Part shown: positions 47,474 to 56,690 of the stretch, in pieces
Layout of the letters: each line of letters opens with the position of its first letter
Position numbering within the stretch: position 1 is the stretch's first letter
Source of the DNA: an uncultured virus (IMG/VR IMGVR_UViG_3300020473_000027)
Taxonomy: Duplodnaviria > Heunggongvirae > Uroviricota > Caudoviricetes
DNA length: 64,000 nt
Virus record (IMG/VR): IMGVR_UViG_3300020473_000027
Strand: one strand, 5' to 3'
The notes under the pieces: model-generated
The model's database searches: none
Seen by the model: the letters and a program-made list of their open reading frames with translations, nothing else
What the model was told of the DNA's origin: nothing
Made by a program: the position numbers and the translations under genes

Positions 47474-47575
47474 ATGCCTTATGGCAAGGGAACTTATGGG
47501 AGTAAGAGAGGAAGACCTCCCAAGAAGAAAAAGGCAAAGAAGAAAAAATCTTCCAAAAAGTCTAGGAGATATTAA
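47474..47575 (+). CDS. 33-aa basic AT-hook-like peptide (MPYGKGTYGSKRGRPPKKKK...)
   Basis: Hand translation; AAGGA SD; TAATG coupling. Confidence 0.7.
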   Translation: MPYGKGTYGSKRGRPPKKKKAKKKKSSKKSRRY

Positions 47576-48057
47576 TGGCTGGTACATTAAAAGTTAAGAT
47601 TGAAGAAAATATTATACTTGACAATCAAGACTATAGCTCTAAAAGAGTATTAGAAGTTGGAAGCATTGCATCTATAGTAAAAAGAATTGTTAATATAGGT
47701 ACTAATGAAATTGGATTGCTTGGATTTGGAACAGCTTATAATACTGAATTATCTAAATCTTATTTAGCAGGTCAATTTGATGAAGACAATGTTAGATATA
47801 TAAGAATTACGAATTTAGATAGTACTAATCATATTGCATTAGTTTTGAAGAATGAAAATAATGATGAATTTGGGGTAAAAGTTGACAAAGGATGTTCTTT
47901 TTTATATTGCGCTGATTTAGCGGGTGGCGTTGTAGATACCATGGATTCCGCAGATGCCGCTGGAATAACTCCTAATTCATTTGGCGATTTGGTTGATATC
48001 ACTTGTGCCGCTGACACAGCTGCTTGCGATGTTGAAGTCTTTGTGGCAAGCACCTAA
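47575..48057 (+). CDS. Virion structural protein
   Basis: Beta-rich, 'VRYIRITNLD..N'. Confidence 0.6.
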   Translation: MAGTLKVKIEENIILDNQDYSSKRVLEVGSIASIVKRIVNIGTNEIGLLGFGTAYNTELSKSYLAGQFDEDNVRYIRITNLDSTNHIALVLKNENNDEFGVKVDKGCSFLYCADLAGGVVDTMDSADAAGITPNSFGDLVDITCAADTAACDVEVFVAST

Positions 48058-49055
48058 TGGCTACTTTCGAAGCACAAGTAGAGGGTCTTACTAGTCTATC
48101 TATTGATGGCAGTAGTGCACCTACTCAAACAGAACTTACACAATTTCTTACTGACGGAGCTAAAGAAGTTATAAACTCACTTCCTCCAGGATTACTTCCT
48201 CTTTGCGCAGCTCAAGCAACATTTACTTCTACTGCTGCTGGAAGCGAATCTGAAACATTAAACACTGGTAATATTCTTAATGTTCTTAGAAATGATGGAG
48301 ATATAGATCAGCCGTGCAGGCAAATTAGTGCTGATGATAAAGGAAGAGTATCAGATCCTAAAGATATGTCTTATGCGAAAATATCTGATCCTGTTTATTA
48401 TGTTGAAAACAATAAGATAAACGTTTTACCAGATGGAGGTTCTTGTAAGTATTCAGAAGTTCAATACCCAGCTGTTGCCTATGGTGATTCTACTATTAGT
48501 GCAACTTCATTATCTGGAGTAACTGCAACTGCCGCTGATCCGACGGTTTTTACTAAATCAAGTCATGGACTTTCTACTGGCGACGTAGTTAAGTTGTCTA
48601 ATTTTAATGAAATGACAGAAGTAAATGGAATGACAGGTACAGTTACTAAACTTGATGCAAATACATTTGAAGTTAATGGTGTAGCAGCAGATCCAGCTGA
48701 GACTACTGGTGGAAATGTTGTTAAGATGGGAGGTTTTCCAGACGAAGCTGAATATTTAGTTCCATTATATGCATCTGTCAAGGCATTGCAAAATAAGATG
48801 GGAAGTATGTCAGCTGAAATACCTGTAAATTCTGATCAAGATGGAAGCTTCAGTAGTTCTAGCTCAAGTTCCCAGGGATATGAGAAGGTAAGAAATTTAT
48901 TAGAATCCCAGGAAGATATAGAACTTTCAAGCGGAACTATAGCTGCCTTGAGTAGCGAGATGCAACAGTTTGTAGCAGAATATCAATGGTATCAATCGCA
49001 ACAAGCAAAATTAGAAGCTGATTATGAAAAAGGCTTACAAAGATTAAGAGGTTAA
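48057..49055 (+). CDS. Head-tail adaptor-like protein with inserted E1-FCCH-like beta domain
   Basis: Helical N/C termini; insert 'HGLSTGDVV.....MTEVNG....TKLDANTFE'. Confidence 0.6.
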   Translation: MATFEAQVEGLTSLSIDGSSAPTQTELTQFLTDGAKEVINSLPPGLLPLCAAQATFTSTAAGSESETLNTGNILNVLRNDGDIDQPCRQISADDKGRVSDPKDMSYAKISDPVYYVENNKINVLPDGGSCKYSEVQYPAVAYGDSTISATSLSGVTATAADPTVFTKSSHGLSTGDVVKLSNFNEMTEVNGMTGTVTKLDANTFEVNGVAADPAETTGGNVVKMGGFPDEAEYLVPLYASVKALQNKMGSMSAEIPVNSDQDGSFSSSSSSSQGYEKVRNLLESQEDIELSSGTIAALSSEMQQFVAEYQWYQSQQAKLEADYEKGLQRLRG

Positions 49056-49056
49056 T

Positions 49057-49413
49057 ATGGCTGTTCATGGATTAACTGTAAAAGAAATTCTTTCAAGGGT
49101 AAGGCAAGTATTTCCTAATGTAGCTGAAAACTATGTTATTAGTTTGATAAATGATGGTATAGTTGAAATGGGAAAATATAATTCTAAAGTAGTTACAGCT
49201 AAAATAACAACTGTTGCTGACCAGATGTATTACGATTTAAGTGATGTTGCGGAAGATTCATCAGGTAATAAACTTGAAGTAAATAAAGTAACGCAAGTAT
49301 TCTTAATGGATGATGATGGTGATTATATAAAAATACCAAGATTATTAAATACAGATTTATTATTAGCAGACGCAAGTAGTGAATCTAAACTAAACGTACC
49401 GGACTCGAAATAA
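49057..49413 (+). CDS. Adaptor-like structural protein
   Basis: 'T..EI..RVR.....I...IND'. Confidence 0.5.
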   Translation: MAVHGLTVKEILSRVRQVFPNVAENYVISLINDGIVEMGKYNSKVVTAKITTVADQMYYDLSDVAEDSSGNKLEVNKVTQVFLMDDDGDYIKIPRLLNTDLLLADASSESKLNVPDSK

Positions 49414-49844
49414 TGGCAAGTAATATTAAATATCCAGAAGATCAATCATTATGGTTTTTAGAGGGTGATAATTTAGCTCTAATAACAAACGTAGATAGTT
49501 CTGGAAATGCAAACACGACAGATAGAAAAAATTGGAAGGCTATACAAGAAGCCGTTACTGATGGCATTATGGTTAAGTATAATGCAGAACCTAATTCAGT
49601 ATCAAATCTTTCAGATGAACCCGACATAGACAACACATGTCATTCTGCTTTAGTTGATTATGTAAAGTCTAGATTATATCTAGATAGAGCTGGGGGTACA
49701 GAAGACCCTAATGCTGCTGGAGCATCTCTTAGCTTATCACAATTACATAGTGGTAAATGGAATGATATGGTAAAGAGAATGGGTATGAAAAAACGAGATA
49801 AAACTGGAGGAACAAGATCGGTTGTTCCACATGATTTAACATAA
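49413..49844 (+). CDS. Adaptor-like structural protein
   Basis: 'P.I....H.ALVDYV..RLY'. Confidence 0.5.
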   Translation: MASNIKYPEDQSLWFLEGDNLALITNVDSSGNANTTDRKNWKAIQEAVTDGIMVKYNAEPNSVSNLSDEPDIDNTCHSALVDYVKSRLYLDRAGGTEDPNAAGASLSLSQLHSGKWNDMVKRMGMKKRDKTGGTRSVVPHDLT

Positions 49845-49869
49845 CATATTAAAATAAAAAGGAGTAAAT

Positions 49870-50235
49870 ATGAAAGTTAAACTAATACAAGTTGTGAACA
49901 GTTCGGAAGCGTTTGGTAAAATAGCGCAGCAACCAATGAAAGCCGCGGTTAGCTTTAAAGTTGCAAAGAATATTAAGAAGCTTAGTGATGAGTTATCTGT
50001 CTTTGAGCAGTCAAGGGGAGATTTAATTCGCAAGTTTGGTAAAGAAGATAAAGAAGGAAATGTAGCCATTGAGCCAAATACAAAGGAAATGGCAGAATTT
50101 CAAAAAGAATTAAGTGATCTACTCAATGTTGAAGTAGATTTAAATGGGTTTAAGAAAATAAAACTAAGCCAGTTATCTAAATGCGAACTTTCGCCACAAG
50201 AAATGGCAAGTTTGGAGTTTGCGATACAGGAGTAA
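49870..50235 (+). CDS. Hypothetical helical phage protein
   Basis: AAGGAG SD; tail region. Confidence 0.6.
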   Translation: MKVKLIQVVNSSEAFGKIAQQPMKAAVSFKVAKNIKKLSDELSVFEQSRGDLIRKFGKEDKEGNVAIEPNTKEMAEFQKELSDLLNVEVDLNGFKKIKLSQLSKCELSPQEMASLEFAIQE

Positions 50236-50238
50236 AAT

Positions 50239-50574
50239 ATGGCAAATATAAATAAGTTTAAAGCAAATGAAGCTGTGAACATAGAAGCTGCTGCTGAGTG
50301 GAATGTACAGTCAAGACTAGATATATCAAGTCAAGATGAGGTAACATCCAATGTTACAGGTGTCCATCAGATTGGAGTATATAGTGATTCTGATGTAAAA
50401 TTTAGATTTGATAATTCTAGTTCAGATACAATCAGTGCGAATAACGATCTAGTCTTACCAGCTCAGACGCTTACATTTGTTAAGGTACCGCAAGGTGTTG
50501 GAGGAACTATGTATGTTCACTTTAAGCAAGTGTCATCAGCTTCTTCTAAATATCTTTGCTTAGTACATATGTAA
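50239..50574 (+). CDS. Small beta-rich tail protein
   Basis: AGGAG SD; precedes the fibre genes. Confidence 0.55.
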   Translation: MANINKFKANEAVNIEAAAEWNVQSRLDISSQDEVTSNVTGVHQIGVYSDSDVKFRFDNSSSDTISANNDLVLPAQTLTFVKVPQGVGGTMYVHFKQVSSASSKYLCLVHM

Positions 50575-50583
50575 GGAGAATTT

Positions 50584-52326
50584 ATGGGTTACGGACAGGT
50601 AATAAGTAAAAACTTTAGTGCTGGTGGAACCATGGGTGGCGACCTAACGCTTGATGGTGATTTAATCGTCAATGGAGATGGTTCTGGCAATTATGATGAG
50701 ATAGTTAATGGCAATTTAACTGTATCTTCAACTAATAAGTTGGTACTTGGAGGAGATGGTAGTGATAGCTACATTTTTGAATCAGCAGCTGATGCATTAG
50801 ATTTGTATGCAGGTGGTGCACAAATGCTTCAATTATTAGAAGGATCTTCTGATTACGTATGGGTTCCTCTTGATACTACAAAATTTGCGATAGGCGCAGG
50901 TAAGGATTTGCAAATATATCATGACGGAAGTCATAATTATATAGATGCTGTAACTGGAGATCAGGATATTATATTTAAAGGAACTGATAGTAGTAGCGAT
51001 ATTACTGCTTTAACTTTAGATATGAGTGAAGCAGGAGCAGCTACATTTAATAGTGATGTTACAGTTGGTGCATTATTGAAGATGCCTACTAATACAGCAG
51101 CTAAAATATTAGTAGCAGATGGTACTAGCTATGAAGAAGCAAGTATGTCAGGTGACGCTACAATAGCAAGTGGTGGCGCAGTTACATTAGCTTCTACAAA
51201 TACTAATCTTACTACATTAGCAAATGTTACAACCGTTGGTGCTCTCGATGCGGGTTCTATTACAAGCGGGTTTACATCAATTGATGTAGGCGCAGGAGCT
51301 ATAACAACAACAGGTACCGTAACAGGTGGCCAGTTGTCGGTAGATGATATTACTATAAATGGTTCTACTATATCTGATGGTGGCGATTTTACTCTTGATA
51401 TTGGTGGTGATATAACATTAGATGCAAATGGTGGTCAGATAAATGTCAATGATGATGGTGCAACGCATTTTTTATTAGACTGTGATGCTACTCAACTTGT
51501 TATTTATGACGACCAGGATACTGGCGATTTATTTTCAATTACAGTAGCACAGCATGGAGCAACTACAATAGCTACTACAGATGATGATGCAACGGCAGGT
51601 CACCTTACATTAGATGTTGATGGCAATATTACTATGGACGCAGATGGTGGAACAATTACGTTTGCTGATGCAGGTTCTAGTTTAGGAACTATTACAAGTT
51701 CAGGATATTCAGGAACTTCAGCAGTCGCTACAGCAGTAACCGTTGCGGATGAGTCTAGTGACACATCTTGTAATGTATTATATGTTACAGCAGCTACTGG
51801 CGATCTACCACCTAAGAGTGGAACTAATTTAACATTCAATTCAAGTTCTGGTGTACTAACTGCTACAGGATTTGCAGGTGCGCTAACAGGAGATGTTACA
51901 GGCAACTGTAGCGGAACTGCAGCTACTGTAACTACAGCAGCTCAAAGTAATATTACTTCCCTTGGAACATTGACTACGCTAACAGTAGATAATGTTATTG
52001 TTAATGGCACTACAATAGGACATACTTCTGATACAGATTTAATGACACTTGCAAGTGGTGGATTGACAGTCGCAGGAACTATTGCTGTAGGTGCAAATAC
52101 AGATGGGCATGATGTTACCTTTTATGGAAATGGGAATGGTAAATATATGCTTTGGGATGAAAGCGAAGATACATTAGCTGTGGCAGGTACATTACAAACT
52201 CAAGACCTTGTATTAAACAACGAAAGAGGTCATTACAAAATTGTAGAAGAAGAAGAATATTTATCTATAAAAAATGAAAAGACAGGAAAACTATATAAGT
52301 TTGTTCTGGAGGAAATAGATGGCTAA
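50584..52326 (+). CDS. Tail fibre (proximal/adaptor fibre)
   Basis: T/G/D-rich repeats ('ITSLGTLTTLTVDN'); C-terminal 'DL.L.N..G.Y.I.E...L.I.N..TGK.YKF'. Confidence 0.8.
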   Translation: MGYGQVISKNFSAGGTMGGDLTLDGDLIVNGDGSGNYDEIVNGNLTVSSTNKLVLGGDGSDSYIFESAADALDLYAGGAQMLQLLEGSSDYVWVPLDTTKFAIGAGKDLQIYHDGSHNYIDAVTGDQDIIFKGTDSSSDITALTLDMSEAGAATFNSDVTVGALLKMPTNTAAKILVADGTSYEEASMSGDATIASGGAVTLASTNTNLTTLANVTTVGALDAGSITSGFTSIDVGAGAITTTGTVTGGQLSVDDITINGSTISDGGDFTLDIGGDITLDANGGQINVNDDGATHFLLDCDATQLVIYDDQDTGDLFSITVAQHGATTIATTDDDATAGHLTLDVDGNITMDADGGTITFADAGSSLGTITSSGYSGTSAVATAVTVADESSDTSCNVLYVTAATGDLPPKSGTNLTFNSSSGVLTATGFAGALTGDVTGNCSGTAATVTTAAQSNITSLGTLTTLTVDNVIVNGTTIGHTSDTDLMTLASGGLTVAGTIAVGANTDGHDVTFYGNGNGKYMLWDESEDTLAVAGTLQTQDLVLNNERGHYKIVEEEEYLSIKNEKTGKLYKFVLEEIDG

Positions 52327-53923
52327 CGTCAAATTTGATACTAATTCTAGAGTATTTTTATCTAATGATGGTACTGGAAGTGGTAATACAGTATTTGGAA
52401 AGAATGCTGGAGCAAGTATAGATAGTGGAACAAATAACAATGTATTCATAGGTGAAAATGTAGCAGATGCAACATTAGTTGATGCTATTGAGAATGTTGC
52501 AATAGGTTATGGGGCATTGAGTGCATTAACGCAAGGTGATAAAAATATTACTATTGGATACTCTGCTGGTGAATCTATTACCGAAGGATATCAAAATGTT
52601 TTAATAGGAGATAGAACTGGAGATTTAATTACAGATGCAAAAAATTGTGTAATTATTGGTAGTGGAGCTGGAACAAGCAGTATTACAGACGCTGCAAGTG
52701 GAACTATTGCTATAGGAAGTCAAGCATTAGAAGACCTTACAAGTGGAGACCAAAATATTGCTATAGGATATCAATCTTTAAAAGGTGTAAGAACTGGAGG
52801 TCAGAATATCGCTATAGGATATGAGGCGATGGAAGATTCTGATAATGGAGAGAATCACAATATTGCAATAGGTACAGAAGTTTTAAAATCTGCAAATAGT
52901 GATAATTTGTCAGCTAATATTGCAATAGGAACAAGGGCTATGGGGTCTGTTGATTCTGGAGAGGGAGTTGCAAATTGTGTAGCTATTGGATATCAAGCTC
53001 TTCGAAATGCAGAAGATGAAGCTGATGGAACTGTTGCCATTGGAAAAGAGGCATTAACAGCACTTACAACTGGTATAGAATGTATAGCTATAGGACAGAA
53101 CGCACTTGCTAATATTACAACTTCTACTGGTATGATAGCCATAGGTGACGATGCTGGGAAAGATTGTGATTCTACTGGCTCAACTCCTGATGGTTGTATT
53201 TATATTGGAGCGTCTTGTGGTCAAAATTTAGATGATGGAACAAGAAATACAGCCGTTGGATTCGAAGCGATGACGGGTAATACCGAGAATGCGAATACTC
53301 CTAATTATAGTGTTGCGGTTGGATGGAAAGCTTTGACATCTATAACAGATGGAGACAGGAACGTTACGATTGGAGCTGAGTCTGGTACAAATCTTGAAAG
53401 TGGTAGCTACAATGTCCTTGTTGGATATGGGACTCAGGCAAGTGCTGCTGATTCAGAGAATGCAGTAGTTATTGGTTACGATATATCAGGTGGTGGAAAT
53501 GAAGTTACGATTGGAAAAGCGTCTAATGTTCTAACTAATAATTTTACTTCAGGCTCAACTTGGGCTCAAAGCTCAGACGAAAGAATAAAAACAGATATTA
53601 AGGATGATAACTTAGGACTTGACTTTATTAAAGAATTAAAAACCAAAACTTTTAAGTGGAAACCTTCAAACGAAGTGCCTAAAGAATTAACAGAGCATTA
53701 CAATGAAGTAAACCAAAAAAATACAGATGTTGTAATGCATGGAATGATAGCACAAGAAGTAAAAGCAGCCTTAGATAAATCTGGAGTTGACACTTTTGGA
53801 GGCTGGTCGGAAAGAGCAGATGGTTCACAAAGTATATCAAGGGAAATGTTTGTAATACCATTGATTAAAGCAGTTCAAGAATTATCAGCTAAAGTAGAAG
53901 AATTAGAATCAAAATTAAAATAA
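52319..53923 (+). CDS. Tail fibre/spike with NIAIG repeats and S74-type chaperone
   Basis: C-terminal part identical to the protein at 808. Confidence 0.9.
   Translation: MANVKFDTNSRVFLSNDGTGSGNTVFGKNAGASIDSGTNNNVFIGENVADATLVDAIENVAIGYGALSALTQGDKNITIGYSAGESITEGYQNVLIGDRTGDLITDAKNCVIIGSGAGTSSITDAASGTIAIGSQALEDLTSGDQNIAIGYQSLKGVRTGGQNIAIGYEAMEDSDNGENHNIAIGTEVLKSANSDNLSANIAIGTRAMGSVDSGEGVANCVAIGYQALRNAEDEADGTVAIGKEALTALTTGIECIAIGQNALANITTSTGMIAIGDDAGKDCDSTGSTPDGCIYIGASCGQNLDDGTRNTAVGFEAMTGNTENANTPNYSVAVGWKALTSITDGDRNVTIGAESGTNLESGSYNVLVGYGTQASAADSENAVVIGYDISGGGNEVTIGKASNVLTNNFTSGSTWAQSSDERIKTDIKDDNLGLDFIKELKTKTFKWKPSNEVPKELTEHYNEVNQKNTDVVMHGMIAQEVKAALDKSGVDTFGGWSERADGSQSISREMFVIPLIKAVQELSAKVEELESKLK
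53117..53790. repeat. 674-bp perfect direct repeat, copy 2
   Basis: Identical to 1960-2633. Confidence 0.95.
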
Positions 53924-53942
53924 CAATTAAACAGGAGAAATA

Positions 53943-54239
53943 ATGCGAAATTATAAAGCACTCAAAGCATCGAGTAAGGTTTCAGTTAGAAAGCAAGAAG
54001 CCGCTGATGCTGTGTACAATGATGATGGGTCTGTAAAAACAAATCCAATCCAAGAAGAATTGCAAGTTGTTTGTAAGAGATACGATTCTACGACTGGAGA
54101 ATCTTTAGACGACTCTGTTCAGGCATATAGTCTTAGTGACATATCTAGAGAAATAGATAGATGTAAAGCTGAAGTATCATCTGCTCAAGATAGGCAAGCT
54201 GAATGGGAGCAATTAGAAAAAGATTTAAAAGCTCTTTAA
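53943..54239 (+). CDS. Homologue of 2768
   Basis: Synteny and shared motif. Confidence 0.6.
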   Translation: MRNYKALKASSKVSVRKQEAADAVYNDDGSVKTNPIQEELQVVCKRYDSTTGESLDDSVQAYSLSDISREIDRCKAEVSSAQDRQAEWEQLEKDLKAL

Positions 54240-54331
54240 TGAATCAGAGGTTCGGGAATTTATATGCTAGGGTTCTAGCTGTATTTGGATTATGGACAGC
54301 TATTGCTTTCATATTTGAGATAGGATACTAA
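54239..54331 (+). CDS. 30-aa TM micropeptide, homologue of 4943
   Basis: MNQRFGNLYARVLAVFGLWTAIAFIFEIGY. Confidence 0.8.
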   Translation: MNQRFGNLYARVLAVFGLWTAIAFIFEIGY

Positions 54332-54561
54332 TGGCATGGTTTTATACACATTGTGTGATTGCGATTGTGATTCTGATTGCGGATGCAAACGGAACGCTTG
54401 AGCCTACTGTAAAGAAGATAGAACAGAAGTTAGGAATCCCAGTTTATTACGCACCTAGCGATTCTGTAGATATGGAGATAAGTAATCCTTATCCAATAGA
54501 AGATATTCCTCAACAAGATACATTTAATAGCCAGAGAGAAAGCAATGAGAGTGGTGCCTGA
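54331..54561 (+). CDS. Homologue of 5035
   Basis: High protein similarity. Confidence 0.7.
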   Translation: MAWFYTHCVIAIVILIADANGTLEPTVKKIEQKLGIPVYYAPSDSVDMEISNPYPIEDIPQQDTFNSQRESNESGA

Positions 54562-54808
54562 TTGGAAAGAAATGACTAGCGCATTAAGGGTTATTGTCGC
54601 GTCGAGCTTTGCTGGGTTTTTAGTCGCTTTAGTTATAGTTGGATGTATGGATGAATACCACATAGGAAAGTCAAAAGAAGAGCTATATAAAGAAATGTTT
54701 AAGGTTGATTCATTAATCAAGACAATACAATTACAGATAGACAGCACATCTATTGACTTTCAAAAGATTTATATAGATTCTCAGAGGATTAATAATGGGC
54801 ATGAATGA
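54545..54808 (+). CDS. Putative lipoprotein, homologue of 5253
   Basis: VIVGC lipobox-like motif. Confidence 0.55.
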   Translation: MRVVPDWKEMTSALRVIVASSFAGFLVALVIVGCMDEYHIGKSKEELYKEMFKVDSLIKTIQLQIDSTSIDFQKIYIDSQRINNGHE

Positions 54809-54890
54809 GACAACATTGGGAATAACGGCTCTAGTGATTTTTTTAGTAGGAATTGTAGTCATGTGGAGAAATGGTGTCAAAGGCGATTAG
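54801..54890 (+). CDS. 29-aa TM peptide
   Basis: Hand translation MNETTLGITALVIFLVGIVVMWRNGVKGD. Confidence 0.45.
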   Translation: MNETTLGITALVIFLVGIVVMWRNGVKGD

Positions 54891-55143
54891 TGCAGATTCG
54901 CAGATTCATATCTCATATGGAATACTTTTTAAGGCAATTTTTGTCGTTAGTCTCGGTACCGGATTATGGTACCAAGCTCAGATGAAATTCGCTGAAATAG
55001 ATAGGAAGTTAGAAGATTTAACAGATAAGGTTACTGTGCTGACCGCATCCGTTGAAGGGATGGAACAGGAGCACATAAAAGAGTTGGAAGCAACAGTTCA
55101 AGAACAAAAGAGCCTGTTGCAGAAGATAGGATTAAAGAGATAA
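54871..55143 (+). CDS. Homologue of 5503
   Basis: 'QIHIS', 'WYQAQM.FAE', 'GLKR'. Confidence 0.65.
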   Translation: MVSKAISADSQIHISYGILFKAIFVVSLGTGLWYQAQMKFAEIDRKLEDLTDKVTVLTASVEGMEQEHIKELEATVQEQKSLLQKIGLKR

Positions 55144-55165
55144 TAAAATAACAAAGGAGTTAATA

Positions 55166-55396
55166 ATGGCTAAAGCAGAAAAAGAAAAGTCAGTAGTTAA
55201 GATAGACGATAAAGAATATGATGTAGAATCACTTACAGATGAGCAGAAAGCAATGGTGAATCATATTCTAGACCTTGAAAGAAAATTGCAATCAATGGAG
55301 TTTAATCTTGTGCAATTACGCTTTGGAAGACAGGCGTTCGCAGACGCATTGAAAGCCTCGTTGGGTGAAGCGAGCAGCGAAGACGAATCAAAGTAA
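55166..55396 (+). CDS. Hypothetical coiled-coil protein
   Basis: AAGGAG SD; 'IDDKEY....L.DEQK'. Confidence 0.6.
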   Translation: MAKAEKEKSVVKIDDKEYDVESLTDEQKAMVNHILDLERKLQSMEFNLVQLRFGRQAFADALKASLGEASSEDESK

Positions 55397-55544
55397 TATT
55401 CTAGATAAGGCCATAGTTGCCGCTATGTTTGTTTTATCTATGATTATTGCTTTTAGTTTGAAGGAAGATAGAATGCTACCAGTGTCTTTAGGGGCATTGG
55501 TAGTGATTGGATTAAGAGCAACGAAGAAAGTAATAGATGATTGA
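55365..55544 (+). CDS. ~59-aa two-TM peptide
   Basis: Hand translation; fills the gap before the holin-like gene. Confidence 0.4.
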   Translation: MKRAAKTNQSNILDKAIVAAMFVLSMIIAFSLKEDRMLPVSLGALVVIGLRATKKVIDD

Positions 55545-55845
55545 GACATATGCCGAATATGGTGCAATAGGAGTAATAGTAAGTCTTTTTGTAATGTTGA
55601 TAATGAACTTAATTAAAAGTCAAAAAGCTCAATCAGAGGATTTAGACCAGATACGTCAGGCTATTGCAAAATCTGAGACAAAGATGGGTAATGTAGAAGG
55701 TATCATATTAAAAATGCTTGATAGATGGAATCGCTCTGATGAGACAAGTCAACGTCATAGAGAGGACATTGTACGCGAACTGAATGACGTGACTGATGAC
55801 TTAGCATATCTTAAAGGTCGTATTAACGGTGGAAAATCGAGATGA
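55537..55845 (+). CDS. Holin-like protein, homologue of 6223
   Basis: Near-identical C-terminal part. Confidence 0.6.
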   Translation: MIETYAEYGAIGVIVSLFVMLIMNLIKSQKAQSEDLDQIRQAIAKSETKMGNVEGIILKMLDRWNRSDETSQRHREDIVRELNDVTDDLAYLKGRINGGKSR

Positions 55846-56069
55846 ATGTGAACGATTATAGAAACGAAACGACAGCAAAGCTGGTCAAGTTAGATGAGAG
55901 GCAGATAAGTATCTTTAAGACCTTGCAAAGAATTGAAAAACATTTAGAGAAATTAAATGGACAAACAAGTAAGAATAGTGACGCTATCATTATGTTTAGA
56001 ACATGGGGTTCGGCTGCTCTATTCATTGTCCCTATTATAGTAACATTAGTAATGAGGTTAATACCATGA
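55842..56069 (+). CDS. Homologue of 6512
   Basis: 'YRN', 'HL.K.NG', C-terminal TM. Confidence 0.55.
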   Translation: MNVNDYRNETTAKLVKLDERQISIFKTLQRIEKHLEKLNGQTSKNSDAIIMFRTWGSAALFIVPIIVTLVMRLIP

Positions 56070-56305
56070 TTGAATGGATTCAAAATAATTGGATGAGTAT
56101 CGTAGGAACTGTCGCTGTTATAGGCGGTGGAATGTACATACCATTCGTAAGAGGGTTTGTATTAATGGGTTTAAAGACCATGATAAGTGAAGCAGTCTTA
56201 AAGAAGATAGCTATACAAATAGTCGAAAAGCTCGTTAAATCAACGAAAAACAAGTTAGACGACATCTGGTTCGCTGAATTTAAAAAGAAGGTCGAGGATG
56301 CCTAG
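56066..56305 (+). CDS. Holin-like protein
   Basis: GAGG SD before MIEW; TM; 'TKNKLDDIW'. Confidence 0.6.
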   Translation: MIEWIQNNWMSIVGTVAVIGGGMYIPFVRGFVLMGLKTMISEAVLKKIAIQIVEKLVKSTKNKLDDIWFAEFKKKVEDA

Positions 56306-56690
56306 ATTTAGCATAAAAAGCAAATCTAAACTTCATAGTTGCGACGAAAGACTTATTAACCTTTTTAATGAGGTGGTCAAACATTTTGACTGCATGATTT
56401 TGGAGGGACACCGTGGAAAAGAAAAACAAAACGCGGCTTACGATAAAGGGAATAGTAAAGTACGTTATCCTAATGGTAAGCATAATAAGAGTCCGAGTAT
56501 TGCTGTGGATGTTGCGCCGTATCCGATAGATTGGACAGACCGTGACAGGTTTCATTACTTTGGCGGTTATGTTCTAGGGGTAGCAAAACAGATGGGATTA
56601 AATATTAGATGGGGAGGGGACTGGAATCAGGACACCCAAACCAAAGACAATAAATTTGATGATTTAGTTCACTTTGAGATAAAGGACTAG
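56298..56690 (+). CDS. Endolysin, M15-family peptidase
   Basis: Same motifs as 7066. Confidence 0.9.
   Translation: MPRFSIKSKSKLHSCDERLINLFNEVVKHFDCMILEGHRGKEKQNAAYDKGNSKVRYPNGKHNKSPSIAVDVAPYPIDWTDRDRFHYFGGYVLGVAKQMGLNIRWGGDWNQDTQTKDNKFDDLVHFEIKD

Larger units (their letters stand above)
1960..53116. mobile_element. Apparently complete ~51,157-bp podovirus-like phage genome (X), one unit between direct repeats
   Basis: One full set of terminase, portal, scaffold, capsid, tail, lysis and replication genes lies between two identical 674-bp blocks; no integrase recognised. Confidence 0.8.
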
